Positions 36,768 through 50,800 are shown, numbered from the stretch's first letter. The stretch is DNA of 64,000 nt from Amoebophrya sp. A120 (GCA_905178155.1 CAJINV010000001.1:13204635-13268634), one strand, 5' to 3'. The notes: generated by a model from the letters alone, not told the origin. Made by a program: numbers and translations.

Positions 36768-39700
36768 TCAAGGCTGCAAGTTTAAGCCGGCAAGTCGTTC
36801 AATAAAATCCGGAAAAACGCCTGCCGTGTTCGGAAGTTCTATGGTTTCTCCATCAACTTCTAATCTGATGACATCATTTGTCGAGCCCGTTCCTGGCTGC
36901 CCTCGCCGCCACCGCTGCCTCGTGTCAACATTCGGCTCGGAGCCACTGTCTTCGTCAGACGAAGAGGAGTCTGCATCTTCGTCCGTGATGCCATAACTGT
37001 TGCGCGCCATGTTTACCGATCTCGCGAAACGACCGATATGCTCCCGCATTGCCGCATCAGCGTCAGACGGCGGCGAAGTCCACCGGGAGAAACCGCTACC
37101 CAAATGCCGAAACGCCGTCATCGCATGTCCGAAAAGGTCAACGAAGTCTCCGGAGTACTTCGCGAACAGCGCCTGGAAATCCAAGCCTGCAGCGCTTCCC
37201 GATGAAGAACTCGGGCTACTTTCCGTGTCAGTGCCCGCTCCCTGCCCTGCCGCAGTTCCACCCTGGGAGCGGCCACGGCGTCCCGACGAACGACTTCCCG
37301 ACGAACTACCAGCGGAAGCGGAGGCTGGCACCTCGGAATTGCCGTCCGTAGAACTACAGGTAGTTGCAGAATTATTGTCGAAAACGTCCTTTGCGACCGC
37401 CTCAAAAAGCTTAGACGCCCTGTCTGCAACGTTGTCCAACCTGCGCGCGTTTTCCCGCACGGCGGGAGGCAGCCACCTGGATACGAGGCTGAGTTGATTG
37501 CAGGGTGGGCAAGAGAGGTTTACCGTGTGGTGCAGCGAGAGTAAAGCGGGACTTTGCACTTGAAAACCGGTGAGCGTCCTCGGGCTGATGTAATGCTGCT
37601 GCACGCTGCCGTGAGTCTGAGGACGAAAATCGAGAAGGGAAGCCTTGCTCGCGAGTAGGCCAAAGCAAGGCACTTTTTTGGTTTCGTCGATGCACGGCGT
37701 GATCGCCGCAACTGTGCAGTCTTCGAGCGTGCATACCAGCTTCGCCTTCGTCAGCATGTGTTCGGGAAAGAGAGACCAGAGCGCGGAGCGCCGCATGAAT
37801 TGTTCGTGTTCATCAAAGCTGTTGCGTGAATTGCGACCGTCAGCGGCGTTTTCATCAAGCACCGCGACCAGGGAGCCTCGAGGCACGTTAATAACGGTTG
37901 GAAAGAGCGAGGACACATCCGTTTGATGTAGTTGTGTGTCGTACTCTTGAGGTAGGCTCTGGGAAACAAGGTCAAACCGGTCAGCAGGGCCGCTGTGCCT
38001 TTTTCTGACTAGAAACCTCGCAAAGTTTTCAAGTCCGAGGCGGTTTTTGACTGCGTTCCAGCCGATCCAGTCTGTGAGCCGGTTCTGTAGTCGCTCTGCC
38101 GCAGAGAGTCTTGCAAAAAAATCGGCGAGAAGCGTGAAGGAAAAGAAATTCCGTGCCGTGCCGCCCCAAATAGCTTCAAGAGCCTCAAACAGTTCCGGCA
38201 AGCGTGCGACATCGCTCCACACTAAGTCAACTAACTTTCCCTTCACGAGCGTCATTGCAAGGGCGATCGCATTTGCAGTTTCTGCTCCTTCTCCCACCGC
38301 CTTTTGCGCGTGATTGCTTGCGCTAGCCGGACTTGCTCGTGCTCCGGCCGGAACACCAGCTGGTGCCTTCCCGGCCGCCGGGGCGGCAGCTCCAGGAACT
38401 CCTGCTCCAGAACTCTGCTGCTCCTCCAAGGCAGCTGCCGCTCTGAGCCGCTTCTTCTCAGCCTTGTTGACTACTTTTCTTTTCGCGGTAGCATCTGTAG
38501 TAGCGAAGACAGAGCTTGCGCTCGAGCTAGCCGCCCCGCTTTCTGTACCGGACGAGGCGGCCGTGGAACCAAGACCCTCGTAAGAAGAATCCGAGGACAC
38601 GCCAGCGGCACCCTGCGGCTGACCAAATGTACTAGTACCTGCTCCATACTTCCGTAGGGCTTCTCGAGCGGCTGTTTTTTCCGACGCGGGCAAGCTCCGG
38701 AATCCGGTACGACTAACTCTCTCCAACACGTCGCGGTCGTGCGCGAGTTCGTGCAAGCGCTTCGCGAATGCCGCGCCTCTACCGCCGGCCTCGGTAAAAG
38801 TTCCCGATAGGTAGGCGGCATCAACGTACTCCGAGACCCGCTTTGCTCTTTGCAACAACCCGCCGAAGAGGCGGGAGTTCCCGGCGAGCGTGGTCGCTGC
38901 CCAAGGCCGCAAAGACTTTTCCCAGATATCCCTCAGCCATTTGTTGCTTCTCCCGGCCAACAACGTCTCCCCTAGCGCGAACTCGTACTCCGGCTTTCCG
39001 GACAACCGCAGGATTTCCGCCACTTGTTTGTCCTCCAAGTTGCCTTCGTTGGTCAACCCTAGCCACTGCTCCACCGTACTGCCGCGGAATGCAAAATGGT
39101 GCTTGGTGGCGGCAACTATTTTCGACGCGAGGTGCGTCCGCAAGCCGAGGAGGTACGTGTTGACCAGTTGCCAATGCTTCTGACCCATCTGAGAGATGCT
39201 TGCAGGAGACGTTGTCCACCAATTGTGGAAGTTGTTCAGTTTGACGAGCATGGTGGGCATCCACCGGAACGACAGCTTCGCTTGATACGCCACATCCAGT
39301 TCCTGAAGCAAATTAGCCAGGGGAAGCCGGTACTTGTTTCGCATCTCTTCCCAAAATGCTTTCGTCGCCAGCCGAGACTCGGCGGCCGCGGCGTCCAGAT
39401 CCGCCCGGGAGCTTTGCAGCAGCTCCACGACCAGAGTGGCGACCTTGTGAACCCATGTGATAACACTAATGGTCGTGACGGAAGGAGCAGATGGCACTAG
39501 GTCGCTCTTTTTGTTCTTCAAACCTTTGTCAACGAGCGCAAAGACATTTTCTTGAAACTGTACGAATGCGGGTGTGTAAACGCGGTCCCGCATTGTCTTC
39601 TGCCATACCAGGCCAAAAATTGCGTCCACCACGCTGCTGTCTCGGAAGTACTCCTCCCAAGCTCGAAGGTAGTTCGTGTGAGAAGACGGGAAGCGAGTAG

Positions 39701-42700
39701 ATCCTTGTGCGGATTCATCTTCTTGATTCTCGTCGTCCGATGCGGCGGCATCTCGTCCAGCACTTGCAGCTGTAATAGTCGACGAAGACCACAACACGCG
39801 CTCGTAGATCGCTTTCCAGCGCTCGAGAATCTCTTCCGCGCTGCTGTCAGAAGTATCCTTGACCACCCGCGCGGCCTCCGCAAAAGTGCGCGTCAAGGTT
39901 CGCGCGCCTGCAAACTCGGACCGGCGTCGAAAAATTGCTTCGTTCAAAACCCGAATCAAAAACTGGCTGTCTTGCTCGAAAGCTCCATGAAGATCCTCAC
40001 GACCCATGGCGGATGCAAATGGGCCGCCCTCCATCCCAGCCGCGGCTCCGCCAGCAGTGGCAGCTACCTCACTCTGCAAAAGCGACTGCAATTGCAGTGC
40101 TTTCGTGGCGGCCGAGGCGGAGGTCGCGAAGAGCTGATCCCCGGTAGGTTGCTGGTCCATCGCGAGAAACGAGCCCAGAATAGTGCGGGTTGGGTCCGTG
40201 CCGAAAAGCCTCGCCACACTGCCGTGGAGCACCTCATCCACCAAAAAAATGAGCGTCGCAAAGGGTCGATATTCTTGCTCCACTTCCGGCTCACCCGCTC
40301 CGTCCTCGCCCACTGCGTCCTCGTCGTGTGCCCGGCTGTTTTTGCCCATCGCGTTCCACCGCTCGCGCACCCATTTTGGAATGAGTGCCGCAAAGACCGC
40401 GGAGAAGCTCAAAGGTTCGCCCTCGTGCGTTGTGAAAGCGTTTTGCCAGTAGAGCGAAAGCCAGGTCGAGTGCGCAGACAGCAAAGCCGAAACGGCCGAC
40501 AGACCTCCTTCGTGCACATTCCCCGCTGGTCTGCCGTCGTGTTCACTCTCTCTGTTGCTGTTCTTGGCCTGCCGTACGCGCTCCCGCAAACGTGTTTCAA
40601 CCTCGGAAAATACCGAGGGGCGGTTGTTATCGTCCCCGTCGTTCCCGATGGAAAAAACCGGAGTCACTGCGTAGACAAAAGCGAGCTTGGCCACAAGATC
40701 GGCATACTTCAAAAAGAGAGCTTCAACCGGCGCGCCAGCAGCTCCAGTTCGTGTGGTGCTCGCAGTGTCTGACGCAGGAGGTGCAGGTGATGGAGCCACG
40801 CCAACATCCGTCGAGCTTCCAACATTTCCTGCTGCTTGGTTCTGCAGCACTTGTTCATGCCTCAGATTCAATTCTTTCAGCGGCTGTAGTACCTTTATCG
40901 CGAACCACTTGGAAATGATGCGCTTCGGCTTTTCCAAGCCGCGGGCGACGAACATGCGAACCGCGTCGGTAACGCTTGCGTCATCGCCAAACACTTTGTG
41001 GAAGACCGGGTGGTCTCCGTGTAGCCACGTACGCACTGCTTCGCGAAAAGCCCTCGACCACCGCAGTTCTTCGTGCGGAGATGGTGCAGGCGCAAAACTT
41101 TCTACACTTGACGCAGCATCTCGCTCTGCTTCCGCATCTCGCTCTCGATCCGGAGGATGATCCGCTCTTGGATGATCCGTGGGGTCCACCTCCACGGGAG
41201 TCTCATCCTGCATAAACTCATCTCCGTCGCCCTCTGTGCTGGCCGCATCTACAACTTCGGTATCGCTAGAGCCTCGTCCTGCTGCTCCTGCACCACCATC
41301 CTCTGTAGGACGACTTTCAGAAGTACCTTTTTGTAGCCGGGTCCTGAAAGTCTGCTCAAAGGAGTCGATGATACCCTCCACATCCTCCCATACCCCGTTG
41401 GTGCTGCGAGTGCCCTGTGGTCCTTCGCCTTCTGTCGGCAAACCTTCTACTCCACCTCCACCATCACCAGATGCTATTTCTGCAGGAAGACTAAGACCTT
41501 CTGGCTGCAGTACGGCCAAAAAATCCGCGGCGAGCTCTTGCAAATAGTTGAAGGGAACATGTGCCACTAAATTGTGGATAGACGCAGGAACGTCCGGAAC
41601 GTAAGACTCGGAAGATGCTGGAGTGCCAGCTTCGGCGGGGCGGGGACCTGGAACACTTGTACTGCCCTCGGGACGACGAGAGGTGTCACCGATCGTAGAA
41701 GCGGTTCCAATCGCTTGCTTCACAGCTTGCAGATCCCGCGATGTCGTGTAGTATTCCACCGTCTGGTGGAAGAACTGCGGACCGAATTCGGCCCAGGTCT
41801 GCCAGAGCGCTGGGTCCTGCTCTTCGGTGTCCGACGGAAAATCATCGTCAGGGTCTAGTGAAGCAGAATCGCCACGGACTTTATGATCGCTCTCGTCAAT
41901 GTCGGCTTCATCGCCCGTTCCGCTCGTTTCCGTGTCGGAATCGATATCCTGCTCCATCTCTTCGTCTGCATCCTCGTCCAGCATCTCCGCGTCAACCTCC
42001 GCTGCAAGGTGCAGGCCCACCCCCTCCTCTGCCCCAGGCGGGTCTTCTACTTCTGCTTTCGCTTCTTGCTCCCTCGCCGGATGAAGTGTCGGCTTCTCTC
42101 GTCTGCTGGTGGCCTCCTCCCGCTCAGCGCGGGCCTTGCGTCTTTCGGCTTTCCGCTGTGCGTGCGCGGCCTGTTTCTGCAGCAACGCCTGGACGTGTCT
42201 GCTTTCGCTTTGGGAGCCCCGACTTTCCTCTTGCTCGGCTTTTCGCTTTCGCTGCTCTAGCGCATGGTGTAATCGTCTCTGCTCACCCTCCTCAGAAGCG
42301 GCCTGCTTCTGCATCACTTGCTCCTCCAACGGAGCCTGCTGCTTCTCTTTCTCGCTGAGCAATGCTGCCTCCCGAATTTGCCTTTCTACTCTGGCTTCTG
42401 CCCGCTTTGCAGCGTCCTGCTGCTTTTTGCGCTCTACTAGTACAGTGGCTTTTCGAAGAGATTTGTGTGCCGCTTCAATAGCCTTCGCCCTGTATCTTGC
42501 AACCAAACTGCTTTGGAACGTTCGAAGAGGGTCCCAGAAGGGCGATGAAATGTCTTCGCTCGTGTCGTAACTGGCGGGTGTTCGTCGTCGCAACTGCTCG
42601 TCTTTGCGCGATAAGTAGGGACTTAGAAAAGCGCCCGCGAATACCTGCTCTTGTTTTCGCAGTAAAGCGCCCGTCTTCGAGCACCATTCCCGCATCACGA

Positions 42701-44344
42701 GTATTATGTCCTTTCCTACCGATCTGGTACTGAACTTCTGTTTCTGCATCTCTAGGTTGCGCACGTGGCCCAGACCGTAGATTTGCACGCGCACTGGCAC
42801 ATACAGATCGATCTCGTCCGCCAGCGCTCTTCTGACGGACGTCGGAAATGCTGCACCCGGAAGCCCGGCAACCGCTTCCCGCAACATTTGCGCCGCGCGC
42901 TTGAAGACAAAGAGCCGGCGATTATCCAAACTCCACAAGTTCTGGACGTGGTGCTCCTCTTCTGCTTCATCTCCGCTAAGTTGTGGCTCAACGCCGGGTA
43001 ATTGAGCGTCTTCGTCTTCTTGATTTTGACCCGCACACGACTCCGCAGAGGACGCAGGACGACATCCTGTCGGGTCAACGACGCTCTTGTAACTTAGCGC
43101 ATCGTATCAAATGTAAAGATGTCTGCGTCTGGAAAATTGTGATGCTGGGTGGCGTCTCATGATGAGGCCACAAATGCTGGCTCAGCATGACAAGTTTCTC
43201 ACCTTCTAGGTGTTGCTTAATCTGCATGACAATCTGCGTTTCTGCATGACAGAAAAATGCAGCTCTTGGGTAATGTGCATGACAGATTTGAGAGTTATGC
43301 CAGACAAGCATGACAAACATGCACTCTTCCAGACCCAGACATTTTTGCACTTGATACATCGAGCACGTTTGCGGAATTTTGGTGGGGCGTTTTCGCATCG
43401 AACAGCAGCTTGTGGCGAATGTCCGCGTCAGCTCCGTTTTCGGTTCCAAGATCCAGCGCCACTGTCTGCAGAAGCGGTAAGCTTAGCAAATCGCTGGCTC
43501 GTGCTGGTGGTCCGGCGGAGGACACACCGCTAGATGAGAAGGGCGCCCACACAAATTCGCTTCCGCGCCAGTGGTCCGATTTGACGAAAACTTTGCCGCC
43601 TCCTAACTCCTCTTGCAAGAACCGCTGGAGTGCTTTTTTCAATTTCAAGAATTCCGGACTATTAGTCGTGGAAGAAGTTTTGCTATAATTCGCTTCCCTA
43701 CTTTTCCCCCACTGGTGCAGGAGCTCCTTGAGCTTCTTGTGCACGACTGTTTCGATCAGGTTCTCCCCGAACTTTTGGGCCAGCACGAAAACCGGGCCCA
43801 TGGCAGAGTCGCGAAAAACGGCCGAAATCTTGTCCTGCGAAAACCGCAGATCACCGGCGCGCGCGAGGCAAAGAACATTCCCGGAGGTCTCGGCCATGTG
43901 CCGCTGCAACACGTCGACGTGCTGCGACGCCGTGCTGGGATTTATTTTAGGATTTGGACCGACAGCGCTCATCTTACTCGTCCCTGCCTCCAGCGTCAAG
44001 GTGCTGGACAGGCTTCCAGGGACGGCGGTGGTCATTGTTCGAACAAATGAGACCCGTTCTGCTCCGGTGGACAACGCAACTTTTGCCGGGAGGTTTGGTG
44101 GGTCGGCCGTATGCGAAGGACGTCGAGATACAGACTCGGCGGACGCGAAAGGCCGGTCACCGCGCTGTTGAGCTAAAGCATCGTGAAACCACGCCAAGTC
44201 GCGCAGAGCGGGCAGGTCTGAACACAGCGGAACTCGGTCGGACTCCAATGAAGTGTAGAAACGATCATGCGCGGCAGTAGCTTTCGTCTCCTCCGCAGCA
44301 AGGAGCGTGGCGAAGATCCACAGCAAACATTGGAGCGACGACAT
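36768..44344 (-). CDS. ~2,439-aa predicted secreted protein with a split ParB-like domain
   Basis: ORFs 43295-44449 and 36768-42938 join in frame once element 43105-43356 and one repeat copy are removed (NVLDALSYKSV...LWSLDNRRLFVFK). Signal-like N-terminus MSSLQCLLWIFATLLAA. Motifs LRFSQDKISAVFRD, LPLLQTV and WSLDNRRL. Confidence 0.75.
43105..43356. mobile_element. TIR intron-like element, family A (252 bp)
   Basis: TATCAAATGTAAAGATGTCTGCGTCTGGAA ... TTCCAGACCCAGACATTTTTGCACTTGATA. Repeat CATCG at 43100-43104 and 43357-43361. Full-length reverse-complement homolog of 50364-50615. Confidence 0.95.
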
Positions 44345-45523
44345 TTTCGGTCGTCTTTGTTTGCAGACGAGGCGCATCTTTATGTGTGATTCTATTAATC
44401 GGCCTTCAGAAAATATCTTTATACACAACTGCGGCAAACCATCAATCAAAAAACCACCGGATTACGATGGAGAAGCTATTGCAGTCGCTTGTGACTTAAG
44501 TGGTAAACCTAAAGCAATTGAATGTTGTCGTTGACGTAAGGATAAAATCGTCAGTGCCCGTAAACAGCGTCGAATTATGGCAGGTGAGACTGAAAGAAAA
44601 AGCCAAATAAGTAGATCTAAACCACCAATTAGCAGACAAAGACCATCACCACTAGTTATGAAAACCACTGAGGATCACCGCCTGCGCCTTCAGCGTTGAC
44701 TCAAAATACCTGGCAGGGCTCAACAAATCTAAAATCATTGTACCTCGTGAAGATATTCGAGGGCTTTGGTCAGCTACAAACATCTTCAGCGGAGATCCAC
44801 TTTTCGTTCTGCGTACCCAGCTTCACGCGATCAATGTCATGGAACGGCGTTGGGGATGCAGTTGGGCATGGAGAGTATTAAACTTTGATGAAATTTGAGA
44901 TCCGTTGAGCGCAGATGAGGATGACGATGAGAAGCTCTTCATCTTAGTCTTACACGCGAAGACGAAAGGATAAGTTTTCCATGTGCAGTGCATGACGACG
45001 GAGACTCCACGAATCTCCGCCAAACTATTCCTAATACTATACCCTATCAAAAAGATTGCGTCTGCCGAGAGGGAAAGCAGAAGCAGCAGCTTTGCACTGA
45101 CTCATCAACCCTGCGTCAGGACGACAGAACATAATCACATAGCATGTACCGAAAGTACCGACGTGCATCACGATCATACGCTAAACTCGAGAGATGCATG
45201 ACGAACACAGTGGGGCTATCATCGTACCGCTGGCCGACACGACCGCCAGGGCGCTTCTCCAAAAACAAAGCTCGGCCTCTGATCATTACTCTCTCACTTG
45301 ACGGATCTCACAGTAAATGAGCATCACAAGTTCTGCCGCGAATGTCGACGTGCGCTGAATTCTTCTTGTTGACAGCGTGTGTTCTAAGAGTATAGTGTAT
45401 CCATCTTCTCTGTTCTCGTCATCAACGAATTCTTACACCACGCTCCAGAGTACGTACTTTCTTACTACATCTGACTCCACTTCTTTTCCTCGGAAAAAAT
45501 CGGAATCAAACTTGTCAGCACGC

Positions 45524-46273
45524 TTAAGAGGAGGTGTTGTTGCGCAACCAGTTGAGGCCCTCGGATTCGTCACCATAGTCGTGGACGACGACGCAGGAAG
45601 CGCCGACGACCTTGCGGGCGTTACCGTCGGAGTCGATCTTGCACAAGCCAGCCCATTCACCGAGCTTCTTGCTGTCCGGCACCTCGTAAAGGGGGACCTG
45701 CTTCTCGGCGCACAGAGCCTTCACCAACTTCTTGTAGGCCGGCTCATCGCAGGACTCGGACAAAAAGACGAACTGGGCCTTGCCAGCGTCGATCACCTTG
45801 GCACCTGTAGGTCAGAAGTTTGGGCGACGATGAGGAAGGATTGAAAGAAACACCAAATAACGCGCAAAAATATGAATCACTAGGAAGGCGCAGTCATCGA
45901 CGAGATTACGCATCATGCCACGATTAATATAATCCGATAGTCTAAATTCTCTAGTCGTGGAGAGTTGCAACCAGACACTCCCTGCAAAACAAGATTCTAC
46001 CGGAAGGAAAACCGTCGGCACGCACTCTCCTTGCATAGATTCTATCTAGTACGCGAATCTCATCTAAATCACACAATAAAACGCAGCTCGTGGTCGTCGG
46101 CTCTGAAACATTTTCTAAAGCACAACCATCAGTATAACAATACCTTCGTGGAGACCGCGAGCGAGACCATCGACGGCCAAAGCGTTCTTGCAGACGCGGC
46201 GGACGGCGGACCCCAGGTCGGTCACTTCCTCCTCGACCGGAACGCTGGCAGCAACGGATTCAACGTCTGACAT
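45524..46273 (-). CDS. RPS12: 40S ribosomal protein S12 (eS12), 2 exons
   Basis: [15 protein letters not shown]...[14 protein letters not shown]...[33 protein letters not shown] intron at 45805-46143. Confidence 0.97.
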
Positions 46274-47838
46274 TTTGATGGCAGCTCAATGTATTGGATT
46301 TACACGTCCTCGTCTGCCAAAAGCGGCGAGAGAGAGTCTTACTGGATCACAAGGATCGGAAAGTGGGTCCCTGTGGTTAGAAGAAGCAGAGAGGATTGTG
46401 GTCAGTCAGCATTAGTGAGGTTACTTGTTTATTCGATTCCCATGAGAGGTTGTACAAGCGTTTGTTATTGTTTTAGTTTTCCGACCTTCGCACATTTATC
46501 ATAAAAATTTAGAACTCATTGAGTAGCTCTTGCTGCTAGTGAGCATAAGATTTAGATCCAGCGACAAGAAGCGGGCACGACAATGGGCGTTGATGATCTT
46601 CGGTTGAGGTTGTAACAGATTTGACTTTAATATCGTCACTTGAAGAGCCAGACTCTGAAGACCCAGACCATCTTCACTGATCTTTAAATTGATCCAGCGA
46701 TCTCTTGTCTGCCTTGCGATTTAGATCGTTTTCAGCACTCCTCTCTGTGGTCAAGAAGGGATCGCACGAGCTGATTTTTGCGGTTAGTTCTACTTCCTCT
46801 TCTTGGAGTGACCACTCTCATTATTGTCAGTGCGGCGATATGGATAATATGATCAACATGTTGCTCTTGGTGAATAACTTTGATTCCAGATGATCGCGAC
46901 AAATATTTCATTTCCGACCGTCCGTCCTCACAGAAGCGAAGTGAGTCCAGATGAGCCGACACTTGCATTAGATACAGGGAAACAGGGCGTCGTCATGCTG
47001 CCGTCGAATGCTGCAAGCCGACGACCTTTTTCTTTCTCCCATCATTATAATCATTGGTTCTTCAAGTGCAGCACCCACGAAAAGTGCATACCGGAGCCAG
47101 AAAACGACGACAGTTTGCAGTCAGCGGCTATGAAATCTAAATCGCATCGACGGAGCGTTTGAAACAATTTAGATCGTCCTTAGCGCAATAAGCTGCAATG
47201 AATAGTTGCAGCCTAAATTGAGCAGCTGCTCGTGTTGTGTGAGTGACCTAGATTCGCTTTTGATATGATTTCGAAAAAGTGCCGGTGTGAAAAGTGACTG
47301 GCAAACCCGATGAAGTAGCAAACAGAGAAACAGCGACATCCACACAATTATGGCAATCTTCCACATTTCATACCCAATCAAGAAGTGCGTCGTCCTGGTG
47401 CGCCACGATAAACGCGGGCGCCGGAGGTAATGATCAGCACAAGCAATTCTGGTGTTGGTAAGTTGTATACTTAAGGTAACGATCGTGAGGATAAGTTTCG
47501 GATGTAAAGGACGAATAAGACCCGCCAACTCCTCCACCTCCCCTGGAGGTTTCTTCCCGGCTGGGAGCAGGTACTTGTTAAGAATAAAGCAAAGCAAACA
47601 TCGAAAGAACAGAAAGCAAAAATCACTAGTTGTATGTGCGCAGCGCCTTAGGCTTGTTGCGCGGCAGTGACCACTTACTCGAATAAGCCTATGTACGTCA
47701 AAAACATGCAGGACTACCTGGTCGCTCTTGTTCATTGTAAATTGAATATGTTAAAAAAAGTTGAATGATAGCTAAGAAATGCAGTGGCAGTAGGCGCAGG
47801 TGCTTGCGACAGTGGCGGGTCTGCAAAAACAACTACTC

Positions 47839-50800
47839 CTACATGTACAAGCTTCTGGACCCACACTTGAGGAATATGACGGACAAAACCATCATGGCCA
47901 TCACCACAGATATCAAACCGACGGCGTAGATTCCCACGATTCCGTACGAAATGTTGTGTCGGCCCCACCAGGCGTCCCTTGCATCGGTGAACAGGGCCAA
48001 CTGCTGCGGGTTCGAACCTTCCAAGTGAGATTCGATCCAGCCCATATTTTCTATGAACCCGATCAGACGCAGACCGTAAGTGGACGGGATGGCGTAGGCC
48101 AGCCATGCCATCCACTGCGGCATCTCCGCTACGGGACGGAAGGCCCCGGAGAAGACATTAGGGACGGACGACAGAAAAATCGGCGTCATCATCACCGAGC
48201 GCTCCGGCGCGTTGCAGTTGGCGGCAGCGAGGAACAGCCCGATTGCGGAACCGCCCATCCCGAGCAGGAAGGTGACACCCCACAGGTAGAAGAAATTGCT
48301 GTTCATGCCCCACGCAAGGTAGGGGATCATCTGCAGCCACGCGGTCTGTGCGAGGATGATGACGACCTCGATGACGATTTTGGAGACGATGTAGGGTATG
48401 ACGCCGTAGAGATTACTGTGGTATTCCCGGAGAAAGATCGCCCGCTCCTGTGGGATCGTCAGCGTAAACCCGGTCGCGGTGCTGAACATGAGAATCCAGA
48501 TGATGTTGTTCGCGGCACCGTACAACTCTCGGATCTTCTCGCCGTACTGCTGTGCCGTCGTGATGGGCGTTATCCTGAGTAAAAACGTCCCCACAGCAGG
48601 GTTGAGTTGGAAATTCTGCTACACAAATCAACCAGCTTTCGCTGTTTCGCGTGACAAGTTTCTTGCCCTCATAGTGTGATCCTGTTTCGCTAGCGCAGCA
48701 GCATCACAGCTCTAGCACATCATGCTGATTCTAGCATCACAAACTCCACAACACGACTAGAAAATGCTTCTCATGGGGCTCCGCATGAGAAACTTTGTTG
48801 GCATGCAGATTTGCATGACAATTCTCGGGTGGGGACCACGTTTTTACTCAGCATAGGCGTGCCCTCCTTGTCGTAGAGGCCTTCCGCGACCTGCCTCCCA
48901 ACATCCGCGAAACCGATAGCGAAAAGGCAGACCTGCAGGGTCGGGATCAGAAACCGGAAGAACAGGATCCACGGGTCGCGAATTCGGTGGATTAACTCCC
49001 GGTGCGTGAGAAAACAGAGCTGGAAACACAGCCCGTTCTGCTTCTGCGCGATCAGCATCAGTTCCTGGCTCTCCGGGTGCTTCTGGATCCACTTCGCATC
49101 GAGGTGTTTTCTTTTTAACGCGTCTGGCACCGCGCCAACTTCCGCGTAATCGTGGATCTCCTCCTCGGCGTGCTCTGGGACGACCGCTTTCTGCGGATTG
49201 AAGGATCCAATTACCTCGATTTCAGGCTCCTGGCGGTACGAATTCCGTTTCTGGGCCGTTGTTGTGCCGGTAGAAGAGTTTGCCTGATTGGAGAGCGGCT
49301 TGTCTTCGTGCAGGGTGAAAAGATCGTCCGTAATGCCTTGTCGCTGCATGCCCGCCATCTGCCCTCCGGTCCTGATGTAGTTCGTCCGTTGGGGAAGATC
49401 ATCAGCATCATGGTATAGTACAGTTGAAGAGATCGAGCAGCAAAACGCAAGGGCAACTACACGCAGTGTCAGTGTAAGTACTCAAACAGGACAAGAGCGA
49501 GAGCCGGCGTGTTCATGTCTCATGCGAATCGAAATCTAAGTCATCGAAAACAAAACCTAAACCACAAAAGGATTATACCCTGACCCGTTGGCCCAGAAAA
49601 CGGCTTTCTTATCTAAGGACATCACATTTTGGATCGGGAGGTCGTTGCACACCAAGTCCCTGTACTCAATGAGCGGGATCCGCTCTGGGCTGTAGCCGTG
49701 GTTGCGCAACTCGTACGCGCGCGCGCACTGCTCGATGACCTCTCGGGCCTCGTCGTGGGGCATGGACTGGGCGTGGTAGAGCAGCCAATCCGCGGTGTTA
49801 TACCCCGTCGGCAACGGCTGGCGCACGATCAAATCGAGGAAGCCTAAGATCGTGTAAATGCTCATCTGCTCCTCTGCTCCGGCCATTGCGGCGTTCACCA
49901 TGCCGACGGACAAGGCGCCCCGCGCGAGCTGCTCTTCCTGCACGAGGATCTCGGCCGCCTTCCCGTTGTAGCCGTTGAACATGATTTCGCCGCTATCCTG
50001 AGCAAAAACGTCCCCACCCCAGAGTCAAAATGGGAGACCTGCTACACAAATCAGCCACCTTTGGCTGTTGCGCATGACAAGTTTTGCCTCGTAGTATAAT
50101 GCTGTTTAGCTAGTCCAGAAGCATCACATATCTAGCATATGATGCTGATTGTAGCATCACAGACTCCAAAACACGCCTAGAAAAAGCTTCTCATGGGGCT
50201 CCGCATGAGAAACTTTTTTGGCATGGGCATGCAGATTTGCATTACAACTCTGGGGTGGGGACGTTTTTACTCAGGATAGCCGTCCCGCATGCAGATCACC
50301 CGGTCAAAGTTGTCGAAAATCTCGGACGACGGCTGGTGGATGGTCGCGCAAATGATCGCGCCCTATCAAGTGCAAAAGTGTCTGGGTCTGGAAGAGTGCA
50401 TGTTTGTCATGCTTGTCTGGCATGACTCTTAAATCTGTCACGCACGTTACCCAAGAGCTCCATTTTTCTGTGATGCAGGAACGCAGTTTGTCATGCAGAA
50501 TAGGCAACACCTAGAAGCTCAGAAACTTGTCATGCTGAGCCAGCATTTGTAGCCTCATCATGAGACACCACCCAGCATCACAAGTTTCCAGACCCTGACA
50601 TTTTTACATTTGATACGTCCTCCTCGATGGCGATGTTTTTCAGCTCCGCGATCAACTTCAGGGAAGAGAAAGAATCCAACCCGGACGTGGGCTCGTCTAA
50701 AAACATCACCGAGGGTCGCGTCAGGAGTTCCAGGGCGGCCGACACCCGCTTCTTCTGCCCGCCGGAAATCCCCTTCCGCAACGCGTCGCCGATCGGAACA

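Noticed and set aside
49414-49576. TAT...ATA-bounded segment at the unresolved ABCG junction
   Set aside because: No real TIR, the flanks (CAGGG/CCATG) do not match, and removal by the same rule breaks the frame.
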